A stretch of DNA of 64,000 bases from Phyllosticta citribraziliensis (Eukaryota), in contig NW_027117340.1 of assembly GCF_038025025.1 (NCBI RefSeq), forward strand, positions 1,550,001 through 1,614,000. Direction: 5' to 3'. The notes below the pieces were generated by a model. The model did no database searches. It was not told where the DNA came from and saw nothing but the letters and a program-made list of their open reading frames with translations. Shown here piece after piece: positions 1-12,871 of the stretch. Numbering within the stretch: the stretch's first letter is position 1; each line of letters starts with the position of its first letter. The translations under genes and the position numbers were made by a program.

Positions 1-1628
1 CACTACGTAGATACATTTACAGTCATCGGAGCTCCGACTCGTATCAGCGTTCATTATCGTGGCCGTCCATCCGTCAACTCATTCGTCCTTAGTCAGTCCA
101 TACCAGTCCATAACTATACCATACCATACGCCCATGCGTCCATCCCCGATTCCCAGCGACCAAATCGCACGAGTAGCCGGGCCAGCTAGCTACCTCGTGC
201 GTCCTTGCATGCGTGTCCACCAGAAAGCCAATCAAGTCCAGCTGAGACCATGTATTCTGGTGTTTGGTGGCGGTGAAATAGACTCGCGGATGCGCGAGCA
301 AATCGCAAGGCGGCGGTGTCTCGATGAATTGTTGAATGGTAATGGTGTCGTTATCGAGGCAGACAGGAAACAGTGTGCCTTCAAGGCGCAAAAACAAACA
401 AAACAAACAAACCATTCGAGACGTCAGATGCCATAAAGGCCTTGGGTAAAAAGCAGCAGCAGCAGCAGAGCAATGTAGAAAGTGGTAGACGAAGACGCTT
501 CAAGCGCGCTCAGCAACTTTGCAATAAAACGACAACAAACCGCCGCTATGTGGAACTACTTGCTCTAGAGGACGAATCGAATAAAAATCGTTGAGACGAA
601 GAGAAAGGAAATAGTGATTGGTGGTGGTGGTGGTGGTGGTCTACACATTAACAACTAGAAGTACGTCCGCCTGCTGTTCTGCCCGATCGTCCACTCGTCC
701 GCCCACGCACCACGTCATCCTGCTTACCGCAGCTTCGAATCCTGGAAAGCAGGGCGGGAGGCGTAGGCAGATGTGCCGGGCTGTCGTCATCGTCGTGATG
801 GTGGTATCTCGTCGTGATAAAACGGGAGAAATGCAAGAGCTCATCCCATTCCATCCCACCCATGTCGAGCCCGTCCAAGCCAGTCCAGTCCCAGCGAATG
901 TCGAGCGCTCGAGTATCTGGTACCGTGGCTTGTCAAGAGATACGGGTGGTCTGGTTGGTCTGGCTCGCCCTTTGGCAGTGGCATGTGTGTGGCCGGTGGA
1001 CTGACTCGCTGACCGATTGGCTCGCGGGCGAGCAGTGGTAAACTGGAAGAAAGGAGACAAAGAGAGAGTGAGAGAGCGAGTGTGAGAGTGTGCGAGTGCC
1101 GCGCGTACTACCAAGCGGAATGGTGGTATGGAATTTTTGACAGAGAGAGGAAGAGAGAGAAGAGGGAGAAGCGGAGAAAGAGACGGCAAACTGACAGAGG
1201 CGGCGTCGATAGAAAGTGACTGTAGTAGAAACCCCGAATCCGTGCGTCGAGACAAACTCTCTCGAGCACATGCTTCCCAATCCTCCGTCCATCCCGTCCA
1301 TCCATGCATCGTTCCGATGTCGGCGAACCCCCGAATCCTTCCTGGTCGGTAAATATCGAACCAAGCCAGATGATTTTGACACGAAGTGAAAAAGGTGTAA
1401 AAGTTTCAAAATCAAAGCAAAGAAAACAAACTTCAAGGGGTAGTAGAACACAAAAAAATCCGCCGGTGACGCCTTGCTATCAAAACACAACGCTCAGGAT
1501 GACCCTTTCTTCTCTCCAATTCTCTTCTGTACATTCCGTCATTACGCCCTTGCTCGAAAGGGAAAAAGGAGAAGGGGAATTAGCTGAAGCCAACTGCGAC
1601 TTTTTTCCTTTCAAGACATCACTATCGA

Positions 1629-4600
1629 CTAGAGGCGCTCTTGCCCCGGGTTGTCCAGATTCCCCAGAATGTGTTCCGGCGGTATACGGTTCAAGTTGGT
1701 GTTCTTATCGCCCATGGACGTAGGCGCAGGCATATAGCCCTCTTTTCTACGACGTATACGCTCAGCAATGATGCCGGTCACGACAATGGCCATTGTTAGC
1801 CCCAGGGCGATGGCCAGAGCGACGAGTACGACCAGACCCAAGGCCAGTTTGCCACCTGCAACATGTTAGATAGGCATGAGAGTTCGATATGTTGGACACT
1901 CACCGTTAGACTTGAAGACGTTTTGCGGCTTCTGGACGAAGATTTGGGACAGGCTGCCTTGATTGTTGCCTTGTGTCGACAGTACGAAGGGAGAAAATTC
2001 GGTGCCATTGTACACGGCAGCAGAGACCTTGCCAACGTTGGGCAGATTGATGTCACCGAGGACGACCAGAACCTTGTCCTTGTCAATCTTGTCAGAAGAA
2101 TCGTGGTTCTTGGAGACTGGCAAGACTTGGATGCCCTTGACGACACTGTCGTCCCCAAGAGCCCACCCGATGCTCTTCCAGTCGGCGGGGTCTGATGCAG
2201 TAAGCATGACGAAGCTCGAGCCGTTGGTGGCAGTTCCGGCAATCCAGAATTGGGAACCATCGCTATTAGCAGCCGTCATGGAATTGACGACTCCAGGGAC
2301 GTTGCTGGCGCCGTCGACAGTCTGAAAGTTGGATTGCTTGGCGTTGAAGAGGGCAAGCGTCGTAGTGTTTCCACCAACCGTGATGTTGCCCGCGACCATG
2401 AGCTGGTTCTGCGAAACCCAGTAAAGAGACGAGACCGAACCTTCGATGCTGCCACCGGGCGAGGTCCATTGGCCGCGGTCCGTCGCGTAGACACACAGCG
2501 CAGGGCAACCAAATGCACCTGCCGAGTCGAAATCGCCACCGACGAAAACACTAGACGAACTGGGACGAGGAGCGACGGCATTGACACTGACCTGGCCATC
2601 ACTCTTGACCAAGGATTGTGGTTGGGTGGAGGAAGCTTGACTGTTTTGCAGATCCCAGACCAAAAGACCGTCGATTTCGGCATTGGTGAGATTGCCTCTG
2701 AATTGGCCGCCGACGTACAGCGTGGTGCCAGAAGTGGCAAGAGTTTTGACGGTCGCCGTTGCGTTGAGCTCGTTGGTTAGGCCGGTGACCGCGTTGTTAT
2801 TGGCGGAATCAACGAAGATGAGGTTGTTGAAAGTCGTCCCGTTCGACGAAGTAGCGGTAAACTGACCTCCAAGAATCGTAACATTGATGTTGTTCTCGTC
2901 GTACACCATGGCCGTTGTGACACCCGAAGAGTTGGAGTTTGTGTTCTTGTTAACGTTGATAAAGTAAGGCGACAACCCAAGGGTGTCATCATCATCAAGC
3001 AGAGAAACAATGCCTCGAGCCTCTACAGCTTGGGACGAGATGGAACCAGCATAGAGGGGCTCAGATCCAGGGACTTCAGTCATGACCGAAAATCGGCCAG
3101 CAACGGAAATGGAGGCGATTTCAAGGTTGTGGACCCAGTTCTTTCTCGACGGAGACCAGAGCGCTACGCCCTCGACGGCAAACGTCTCGTTGCTTCCAAA
3201 GGCATGCACTTCGGTGATGTCGCCACTGACGGCAACGACATACTCAGGGCTCCCAATGGTCAGGTTGAGCTGCATGGGCACGATGCTGACGACGCTGCCT
3301 TGAACGCCGGCGCCAAGTGCAGACCACGTATTGTCCGAGATTGAGTAAACGGCGACGCCAGCCAGGCCCTCGACATTGTTGTCGGCCGTGTTGGTAAAAT
3401 TACCGCCAACGTAAAGCTCCGAGCCATTGAGGTACAAGGCGTGAACCTCGGCGTTGAGTCCGCGGTCTGCAAGGGCCACGGAAGTGTTGTCGCGAATCGC
3501 AAAAATGTTGCTGACGTTGGTGCTGGAGAAATTGCCGCCAAGGAAAACAGTGTTTTCGTCTGTAACCATGGCATTTATGACTGCCTCGTCGCCAAGACTG
3601 TTGCCCGCGGCGTTGATGGGCGAACTGGAAAGGTCGTCGCTGACAGTGACGACGCTTGGGTCATACTCGAAGATACCATTGAGACCACCAGAGTTTGCGC
3701 TCATGAGTTCAAAACGCATGCGTTGAGCAACTACGTTCAAGGGACCAGTCTGACCATCGGCGGGCGTGAGCGTGATTGACGGACGGAAGGATCCTGAGAT
3801 CTCATCAATGTAGCCGTAGTAGATTGTGTCGTACTTGTCGTAGTAGTTGGTCTGGTACAGCGTGGTCGAAATGGGTGCGCTCGACGAAGTGCTGCTGCTG
3901 TTTCTCATGGTTCCGGTAATGTTGACGATGCCGCGCTGACTACAGCTGTCGTCCTGCTTACAACCCGGAGTATACAGGAGTACCGTGTAATCGCCAGCTT
4001 CAGGGATGTTGGGCTCGAAGACGACCGATGCAGAGCTGCTGTCGACCGCCTCGCCAGATGTGAAGTTCACCGACAACCATTCGGAGCTGCTCGAGTGCGA
4101 AGGTTCAACCTGCCAATTTCCCGTGGTGGTTGCCTGAGCTGATTGGTTGACGCTGGTACAGGTTGGCTCGTTAAACGAGTTAATCGCAAAAGCGTAAATG
4201 TCGTCCTGATACAACTCGATACCGGCGAGGCCTGCTCCACTTCCATACCAGGCCGAAATGTCGATGCGGAATGAGTTCATTCCAACCTTGTTGACGAAGC
4301 GAAAGTCCTGGTAGGTCGTGTTGCCTTGCGGCAGAGGGCATCGGGCGTCGCAGCTCTTGTTTTGTCCGTCCGAGTCGATGTAGGTAAAGTTCATGATGCC
4401 ATTGTCTGGCAGCGCAGTGTAGCGCCAGGTCTGGGTACCGCGACCATCCTGGTTGGTGTTGTAGAGACGAAGTTTCGTAGGCTGGAACCCAAATTGGAAT
4501 TCGGCCTTCCAGTACCCAGCGGTGTTGTCCTCCAAGAGCCACACGTTGCCCGAACCACCTTGGCCGGTCTTGCAAATGATGTTTTTCGGGTCGCTGAAGC

Positions 4601-5342
4601 CGTCGGTCGAGGAGGAGCCGCTTGCCGTAATGTTCCCTGCACCCAGCGGAATAACCTGCTTGTCTTTCTGGGCGGGGGTGCTCGTGTTTCCCAATCCGTC
4701 AAAACTTCCACCAAATACCAAATGGCCGTCGGAGTCCTTGACGATGGAGTAAACGGGTCCGTTGAAACCGGCAAAGGGGAGATCCTTGAATTTGTCGTCG
4801 GCCCAAGCAATTGCGTTTGTCGAATTCTCGCCGTTGAAGAAACCGCCCATGTACACGGTGCCAGACTCGGAATCGCAGTACAAGCTCTTGACGCTGCCGG
4901 TGAGGCCTGAAATGGGCGTGATCTGCGAGGTGTTGGGGTTGAACAAGGCAACACCCTGGGCGGCCTGGTTGTCGAGACTAGTGAAGTTGCCGCCAATGAC
5001 GATACCCTGGAGCGTGCCATCCTTCACCCAGGGGCACATGGCATTAATGTTGGCATCGCCTTGAGCGATGTGGGCGAAGGCTCCATTGGGGAAGCGGGAG
5101 AGGATTGACTGGCTGCCGTTGAGGGTGTAGGTTGCTTGGTTCTGGCCGACCCATTCATAAAGGGAGACAGCGTCAAAGTTGCCTGCGAGAGCGACATGGC
5201 CGAGGGAGTTGAGGTCCAAGTTCAGGGAAGTTGCTGCAGTAAAGTTGACGGCTGCGCACAGCGGCACAGCATAGAGGGAGGTGAGGATGAGGAGGGCGAG
5301 TCTGCCGGCCAGCGAGCCTGGAGATGAGGAGTGGAACCTCAT
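1629..5342 (-). CDS. RAX2: Rax2-like cellular morphogenesis/polarity protein (type I membrane protein, beta-propeller ectodomain), ~1221 aa; exons 5342-1904 and 1855-1629
   Basis: N-terminal signal peptide; many 'YVGGNF/GGxF' propeller-like repeats; GTGAG...CTAAC...CAG intron 1903-1856 joins KSNG|GKLALGLVVLVALAIALG (TM helix) followed by RIRRRK and a short cytoplasmic tail; spliced length divisible by 3. Confidence 0.88.
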
Positions 5343-6483
5343 AGCCGTGGCCGACAGCGAGGAGGTGGGTGGAGAGGTCAGTCGGGAGAGAGCGTGGAGT
5401 CGCGACGACTAAGCGCGACGGCGACTAAGCAGAAGAGGTAACGAGAGGATCAAAATCGTGGCGAGCCCGACATGTCGCGGGGGGTTTGACAGCAGATGAG
5501 AGATCTGGAGGATGACAGCGAATCGGGGTCCACGAACAGATTTGCGGAAACGTTAGAAGGGCCGGGAGCTGAGACTCGCAGGGGCAGGCCGGTCGGGGGT
5601 GCGACAGGATGGAACGAGTGACTGTGGTGAGGTGAGGATGGGGTCGGCTGGTTGAATAATGCGCGAGAGAGAGAGAGAGGGAGAGAAAGGATCGTTTCGA
5701 TCGATTAACGAGTGACGGCAGCAAGTGCGGGAGAAGGTTTGTGGAATGACTTTGCTGGAGAGACAGACAGACAGTCGTCAGGGAGGGCGACGGGAGGCAG
5801 GCAGACAGGCAGGAGGAAGACGAGCGAGGAAAACAGACACGGACACGGACACGGACACTACGGCCTCTGGCGTCGTTCTGGCTCTGGCTCTGGCTCCTGC
5901 TGCGACGCTCGCGCCACCACACCGAGAGAGATGAGAAGCCCGTACACAACGGGAAAGCTGCAAGGGGCCATCGCCATGGCCATCCACCACGACGGCTCCG
6001 GCTCACACTAATCGACGTGGCTCCCGCCCAAACTCTAACATGGTCCTCCTACATGTAGCCTGTCGAATCAGCCAGTCCACATGATGTTCCTCTCCCGAGG
6101 TGCATATGTGTGGTGCGAGCCGCAATCTCCAGGCACTTACTCCTCTTGTGTTGGTTGTTTTGAACATGGCATGCCGTTCAGCATTCAATCCACCACCTCC
6201 GCCCATCCATCCTTGCTTCGTCGCTGCGTGCTCGGCTGCGTCTGCGTGGCAGCCCATCGTCGTCAACCACCAAGACATGGTTACATTACGCATTGGCTGC
6301 TTCCTTGTGCAACTGCCCTCCCGGTCCTGCATCTACCCGCCCACAGCCTCCGTCACGGCCGACGCCTCCCGTCGCGTCTCAGCCTCAACCGCCGCGTCTC
6401 TGCTCCACACCTCGCTCACCAACCTTGGGCGCCATGGGCCAAAACTATCGATTCATAGGTAATGCTAGCCTCTCTTGTAGCAC

Positions 6484-6484
<1 letters not shown>

Positions 6485-6537
<53 letters not shown>
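6485..6537. repeat. (GCT)17 trinucleotide microsatellite, intergenic or in the LanC-like gene 3' region
   Basis: Uninterrupted GCT run read directly from the sequence. Confidence 0.95.
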
Positions 6538-6731
6538 ACTTGAATCCTTTGAAACCTGCCTGCCATGCATGACTTGAATACCGCAGCATCCCACGGTTTC
6601 AGGCCCTGCCGTCGTTCCCCCCCCAGCAAATGTCCCTTACCGAAAAACCCCACGCGCCATGTCCTCGGCATCCAATTTCATAATCTCGTAACCGTCGTTC
6701 AGTCGTTGCAGTGGAAGAAGCCGTCCGTCTC

Positions 6732-7868
6732 TCAAATGTCATTGTATCCCAGGAACCGCTTCTCCAGGTGTTTGTCGGCCACAGCCCACGTCCATGCGCG
6801 GCCGGCTTCGCCACACCACAGCGCCGACGGATCATCGCTGCGCTCCATCATGCCTTCCTTTTCCATTTGCTTGATCTCATGGCCCGTCGTAAAAGTGAGA
6901 AAGTGCTCAAAGTGCGGGTCATCAAGCGCGAGCGCGTTGCCCGAGATGCCGTGACACAGGCACGGTTCCTTGGTCAAGAGGCCGCGCTCCAGTATGCACT
7001 CCTGGCCCTTTTTGATGGCCCTGTCCATGCGCTCTTGCAGCTTCGGAAAATACTGGCGGATCGACTGGAGCGACGCGACCACGCCCGGCGCGCCGTGACA
7101 AAATTGCACGAGTCGGTCCTTGCCAGGCGGGATGGACGATGGCCAGTTGCCGCTCTCATACTGGTAGCTGAGCAGAGCCCCCAGGTCAGCCTCGAGCTTG
7201 GGCGCCATGCCGGGATCGGTGAGGATGATTTGCGTGATGATGCCAATGGTGCCGTGGACAGCCCCGAGGTAAGCCTTTCCATGCCATTTCCACGGTCGAG
7301 GAGAATCCATGATGGCTTCAATGACTTCATCCGCAGCGTCGTCAATCATGATCGTCGTCTCCTCGTCATCTTCAAAAGAGGCCCTCACCAGGCGCAACAG
7401 GTACAGGTAACCGCCGCGTCCGTACAGCCACTCATTACCAGCCTCGTCGTCGCTTGCGATGGCAGCATAGTCGCACAGAGACTTGGCCATGTCCGCGTCC
7501 TTTGCCGAAGCTGCCCCAAGGGCTAGGAGACACATGATGTCGTCGCTGATGCCGCATTTGCTGGTGCTGGGTCCGGGGTACTCCTTCATCGACTTCTGAG
7601 CGAGCTCGAGGTAGGCTGCAGACCAGGTGCCCAACGGATGTTCGCCCACCAGCATTTCGGGGTACAGCTGTTGGAGGCGAAAGAAGAGGAACGACACACT
7701 GATCGGACCATAGTATAAGCCGCCGCCAGGAGGGATCTTATCCGGAGGATAGCTGTTGATCAAGCGATCGAGCGAAGCGGACAGCTGTTTGATTGCATCC
7801 CTCTTGGTGAGAGGCTGATCGTTGCGAAAGTAGCGCGGAAGCGCCTTTACTTGCGCCGAGCTCGACAT
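6732..7868 (-). CDS. Lanthionine synthetase C-like (LanCL) protein, 378 aa, intronless
   Basis: LanC-family motifs GLYYG, EWLYGRGGYL, GAVHGTIGI, QFCHGAPG and CLCHGISGNA (Cys/Cys/His zinc ligands plus catalytic His), and LWCGEAG. Confidence 0.9.
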   Translation of the reverse strand: MSSSAQVKALPRYFRNDQPLTKRDAIKQLSASLDRLINSYPPDKIPPGGGLYYGPISVSFLFFRLQQLYPEMLVGEHPLGTWSAAYLELAQKSMKEYPGPSTSKCGISDDIMCLLALGAASAKDADMAKSLCDYAAIASDDEAGNEWLYGRGGYLYLLRLVRASFEDDEETTIMIDDAADEVIEAIMDSPRPWKWHGKAYLGAVHGTIGIITQIILTDPGMAPKLEADLGALLSYQYESGNWPSSIPPGKDRLVQFCHGAPGVVASLQSIRQYFPKLQERMDRAIKKGQECILERGLLTKEPCLCHGISGNALALDDPHFEHFLTFTTGHEIKQMEKEGMMERSDDPSALWCGEAGRAWTWAVADKHLEKRFLGYNDI

Positions 7869-8366
7869 GGTGACTGAAGAGCAATGAGCCCGTGATTCGA
7901 CCTACTCAGTTGTCGCAGAGCTGTGTCAACATGCACCGGGCGCGCAGATCGAAATGTTGGGAGCAGACGAGCAGTTGTCGCGGCGGTCCGAGTCCTGGCT
8001 GTCAAACGAGGTGAGGTGACGTAATGGGTCGATTGGCTGCTGCGCGCCGCTCGAACCGTCCGTGGTCTCGGATGTTTGGTCGGAGGATCTTAGGTAGCAC
8101 GAATTGGCGCCTTCGTGCCGGCTGGAATAGGTGTAGGTTTGGTAGCGATGGCGAGGTGGTGGTCGTGGTGATGGTGGTTTTAGAGGATGGCTGGAAGGCT
8201 GGAGGCTGGACGGCAGTCCAGGTCCTTGGGTTGCAGCTGATCCCCGCTACCTCAGCCTGCATGGCTGCCCTAACAAAACCGAAACATGTTTCCCACATGC
8301 ACTGCACCCTGGTTCCGCTCTTGTTCTCACACGGACCTATCATACGACTGCAATTGAGAGATGCGC

Positions 8367-9724
8367 CTATCGCGCTCTACTCCTTCTCGTCCTCTTGGTC
8401 GTCCTGCCTTGAGCTTCAACAACCTGGTGCTCATCTTCTGCCTCTCGCTTCACCTTCTTACTCGCAACTTTCTCCTCGGTCTTTGAGATAATGCCAACAT
8501 CTTCCCGTTCGACCTTGACCTCAATTTCCTCTTCCTTGACCTCAATTTTCTCTTCCTTGAACTCGACTTTGGCCACGAGCCGTTCTGAGAAGGTCTTCAG
8601 ATCAGCCGTGAACAGCACAGAGTGCGCCCAGCCAGCCTCCTTTCCCCACAACCCGCGGAACTTGTTTGCGACCGCGTCGTAGGTGGCTTTGGTGAGGCTG
8701 CTGTGCTTGCCCTTTCCAAACTTGTAGTCTCTCTGGGCGATTTGCCAGACTGCATCATGTTAGCAGTCGTACAGGCGAAGATACCTAGTACTTTTACCAT
8801 GAGTGTCGACAGGGACGGCTTCTCCCCAGCCAAGTCCCATGAGACAGACGCAATCGGCGACTTTCGGTCCAACGCCTTGGAGGGCCAGGAGCTCCTCATG
8901 GGCAGTTCTATAGCCCTCCCGTCCACCATCTGTGAACTCTCCACCGGAACATGGCTCCGCACCCAACACAGGACTTTCTGGATTTCTCAAACCATCAAGC
9001 CAAGTCTCTCCTTTGTCGTGAACCATGAGCGCAGTCTGATACAGATACTTGGCCCGATATCCAAAACCGAGCTGCCTCAAATGCTGCTCGACCTTGGCAT
9101 CCGTCAAGGCTGACGCTGGGGGGAAGTCATGGTAAGGAGTTTTGCCCAGGTGCCCTATCAACGGACCGTAGTTTGTGCACAGCTTCTCCACCATTTGCGA
9201 GATGCGCGCAATGTTGTTGTTGCTGCTGCAGATGAACCCCACCAGTGCCTCCCACGCATCTTGCTTCAATATTCGTACTCCTGTGAATTTCGGGGCTTTC
9301 TTTTTGAAGTTGAGGTCCGCCTCCGCCCATTCCTCATACAGTTGGCCGAGATTTGGCCTCAGGTTAAAGTAGTGCTCGATCAGAGCCAACGTATCGTCAT
9401 CCTCTGGGCTTGGAGATTCGGCGGCCGATGGGGTCGCAGAAGGCGGTGGGCTGGGCAAGAGATGATTGGGTTTGGAGGGAAATATCGCGCGGTAGTGTAG
9501 GAACTCGGCGTCCTGGCGGAGGGAGAGTATGCGGCCGTGGAGTGCGCAAGACCATTCATCATCGCCAGATTTTCGCCACCTACGACGGCTGTCAGCGCAA
9601 GCAAGAGGCAGGCAGACGGGAGGTAAAACCTGAATGATTGCCCACAGCGCAAAGTCGTGTTTATGCACAATTCCGTCAAGCTGATTGGCAGTCTTTGCCA
9701 TTCTGTGAAGCGAAGGTTGCCCAT
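8367..9724 (-). CDS. OGG1: 8-oxoguanine DNA glycosylase/AP lyase, ~419 aa; exons 9724-9630, 9579-8798, 8749-8367
   Basis: [30 protein letters not shown], HhH motif [25 protein letters not shown] and AGWAHSVLF; two introns with branch sites restore the frame. Confidence 0.95.
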
Positions 9725-10304
9725 GACAGGAGACGGGAGCAAACAAGCAAACGAAGGATTCACGATCGTCAGAGAGTAAAGGCAGGACAGGTTTGTCAAC
9801 ACGAGGCTTTGCAGATGGTGCTTGGAGAAAGAAGACGAGGAATCAAAAAGGTAGAGCGACGGGCGCAGAGGTCGGTCTCCGCCCGGAACTAAATGCAGAA
9901 CGCGACGCCACTTGGACGCGTTTTGGCTGCCCGGGGTGCCGTTGGACGCGTTGCGTGGGCTCGACGAACAAACTTTCGGCGTGTTTAGCCAGGAATAAGC
10001 ATGAAAAGACCTTGTCAAGAGCTGCCGGTCGGATGGAGAGACTCGACTCGCGGTGAGCAGACTCCAGCGCGTCTTCTTGGCCGAGTGCACGGGCTACGGG
10101 CAGCCAAAGTTTCCCTCATCGAATGAGTTTAGCGCGGGCAAGGCGGCAACGCCCGTCAACCGCCTTTGCGTTGTGTTGGCCAGCTCCGCGACGCTGCTCT
10201 TCCTCCACCGTCCACTTCCGCTCTCGCCAGCGCTTCACCATCTCGGCGACATTCACCGTCGCGCACCTCACCGCATACAATTGCGTTGTGCTGCATCCTT
10301 CAAG

Positions 10305-12211
10305 ATGAATGGCGAAAGAGGTCCGCATCGCTCCCTCCCGCATTTCTCAAAACAGCTTACCAACAGTAGCTTTTCAGACGGCGGCCGCTCGCGCGACTAC
10401 TACGTAAGACCTCGACATCTTGACACGAGGAGCCTCCACTGACAAGCTCATCAAGTCCTCCCGCGGTGATCGAGATGAGCGCCGCCGCGACCGTCGCCGC
10501 TCGAGGTCACCTGGTCACCGCTCCAGGCGCGATTACGAAGTAGACACCTACTCTTCCAGTCGCGATTATCGGGAACGTGAACGCGAGGAGCGCTACAGCG
10601 GCAGAGATCGGCATCGTGAGGGGCGTGAGGAGCGTGGATGGGACAGGGACCGTGGCTCCAGGCGGGATAGAAGAGATGAGGACGAGAGGCCGCCGCGCCG
10701 GGACCGCGACCTGTTCGACGACCGTGGTGGTCGCAACAGAAGAGATCGAGACAGGAACGATGACGCCGCCGCCGCCACCGCCGGAGGCCGTGGTGGCAGG
10801 AGAAGGAGTGCATCGCCGCCTCCTAAGAAGAGGGAGCCCACTCCAGACTTGACCAATATCGTCTCGGTCCTGGAGCGCAAGAGACGCATGACGCAGTGGG
10901 ATATCAAGCCGCCAGGATACGAGAATGTCACGGCCGAACAGGCCAAGCTCTCTGGCATGTTCCCCCTGCCTGGAGCTCCTCGCCAACAGCCAATGGACCC
11001 CAGCCGTCTCCAGGCTTTTATGAACCAGCCTGCTGGCTCTGCCAATGCCTCCGCCCTAAAGGCATCCAACGCCCGCCAGTCCAAGCGTCTCTTCGTCTAC
11101 AACTTCCCCTCGCAGGCCAACGATGAGGCTGTTCAAGACTTTTTCAATCTCCAACTCAACCACCTCAACGTCGTCTCGAGCCCAGATCCTTGTACCTCCG
11201 CTCAGATCTCAAAGGACCGCACCTTTGCGCTGCTGGAATTCAAGACGCCAGAGGATGCGACAACAGCTCTGGCATTGGACGGCATTTCGATGGAGGCAGA
11301 CAGTGCCACAAATGGATCAAGCAATGGTGCTGCCTCTGGTCTCGTCATCCGCCGTCCCAAGGACTACATTGTTCCCGCACCGGCTGAAGAGGAGGAGCAT
11401 CAAGAGGGTGTCATTTCCAACAAGGTCAAGGACAGCCCGCAAAAGATCATGGTCACGAATCTACCCACTGCTCTCATGGAAGAGCAAGCACACGAGCTGC
11501 TGGGCTCTTTTGGAGAGCTCAAGGCATTCGCCATGGTCAAGGACAGCGACACAGAACAGTCCAAGGTAAGAATCCATTGGCAGCCTCAGGAGCTATTTTG
11601 ACATGAACAGGGCATTGCTTTTTGCGAATATCTCGATCCTGCTGCCACCGAAATTGCCGTCGAAGGCTTGAACAATATGCAAATCAGCGACCAGTACATC
11701 AAGGTCCAAAAGGCATGCGTCGGTCTCCAGCAAGCCTCTGGCCTTGAGATGGGCGTCAGTGCCATGTCCATGCTTGCAGGTACCTCTTCGGGAGACGTCG
11801 AGCAGGGCAGAGTCCTGATGCTGCTCAACATGGTCACTGCAGAAGAATTGATGGACAAGGACGAGTACGAAGGTAAAACTGCGATCGATAATTCCAGAAA
11901 GCAAACCACTAACTGACAAAACTAGAAATCTGCGAAGATGTCAAGGAAGAATGCGAAAAGTACGGCAAAGTGCTGGAGCTCAAGATTCCGAGACCCCTCC
12001 ATGGCAAGGAAGAGAAGGGCGTGGGCAAGATTTACATCAAATATGACACACCCGAATCGGCACAAAAAGCACTCCGTGCTCTGGCTGGCAGGAAATTCGC
12101 GGACCGCACCGTTGTGGTCACGTTCTTCAGCGAGGTTCGCTTTTCGGATGGCTAGCGACGAGGATTTTGCTGACATGGTTACAGGAATACTTTGACGTTG
12201 ACGCTTGGTAA
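10305..12211 (+). CDS. U2AF65: Splicing factor U2AF large subunit, ~549 aa; introns 10321-10377, 10404-10455, 11566-11610, 11873-11925, 12135-12184
   Basis: RS/RD-rich N-terminus, WDIKPPGYENVTAEQAKLSGMFPLPG, two RRMs and a C-terminal UHM (LLNMVTAEEL...EICEDVKEEC...LAGRKFADRTVV). Intron 1 is the least certain. Confidence 0.93.
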
Positions 12212-12871
12212 ACAAGGGGTAAGCACAGGGCTGTCGCCCGCAAAGAGGCGCTCAGCAACAATTGGTGGGTTCCACGCGCGGCGGATTTGGTCAAGGGCTC
12301 TGTTGAAAGTGAGCCCAGATGGCGCTGGGTGGGGCGATACAAGGAGCAGCCAACGGAAGGGCTTTTTTATCTGTGTCAGTCAAAACCTGCAGCTTGGGTA
12401 GCTGTTATTTTAAAAAGCATTCGGACGAGGAGTGAATTGGAAGGTGGCAAGATTTGACGGACGGCGGGCAAAAGTGCGGATGAGAATATCCAAGTAGTGA
12501 CAGGACCAGATCAACGCGGCTCTCATAATAGCCGAAACCACAGTTAATTGATCCAGATCAAGATGTGCACGTCGAGACCAAAGAATCTGGCCTGTGCCCG
12601 TTGGTGACGGTCCGGGGGTGACATGGGCGTTGGAAAGGATGCGGCGGAGGGGGGTGGGGCGGCTCTCGGTGGTTGGACATACGACATCTCGCTTACTGGG
12701 CGCGCCTTTTGCGGCTTTGTCTGACCTCAAGACGCCGCGGTTGAGTCCTGCGACCTTGGTTTTATTATGCGCCCTTTGGTACTCGTCCGATGCGACACCT
12801 AGCATGATCTCACCGCGGAGCCTGTTCCCTCGGCAGGACAACGTGCGACTGCAGCCCGCACCGCCTGTATA

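Noticed and set aside
5425..6006. Overlapping ORFs upstream of RAX2
   Set aside because: Composed of simple repeats (GA, GGACAC, CTGGCT) typical of 5' leaders and promoters.
6465..6671. PolyQ/polyA ORFs across the (GCT)n tract
   Set aside because: Short ORFs created by the microsatellite, with no coding context.
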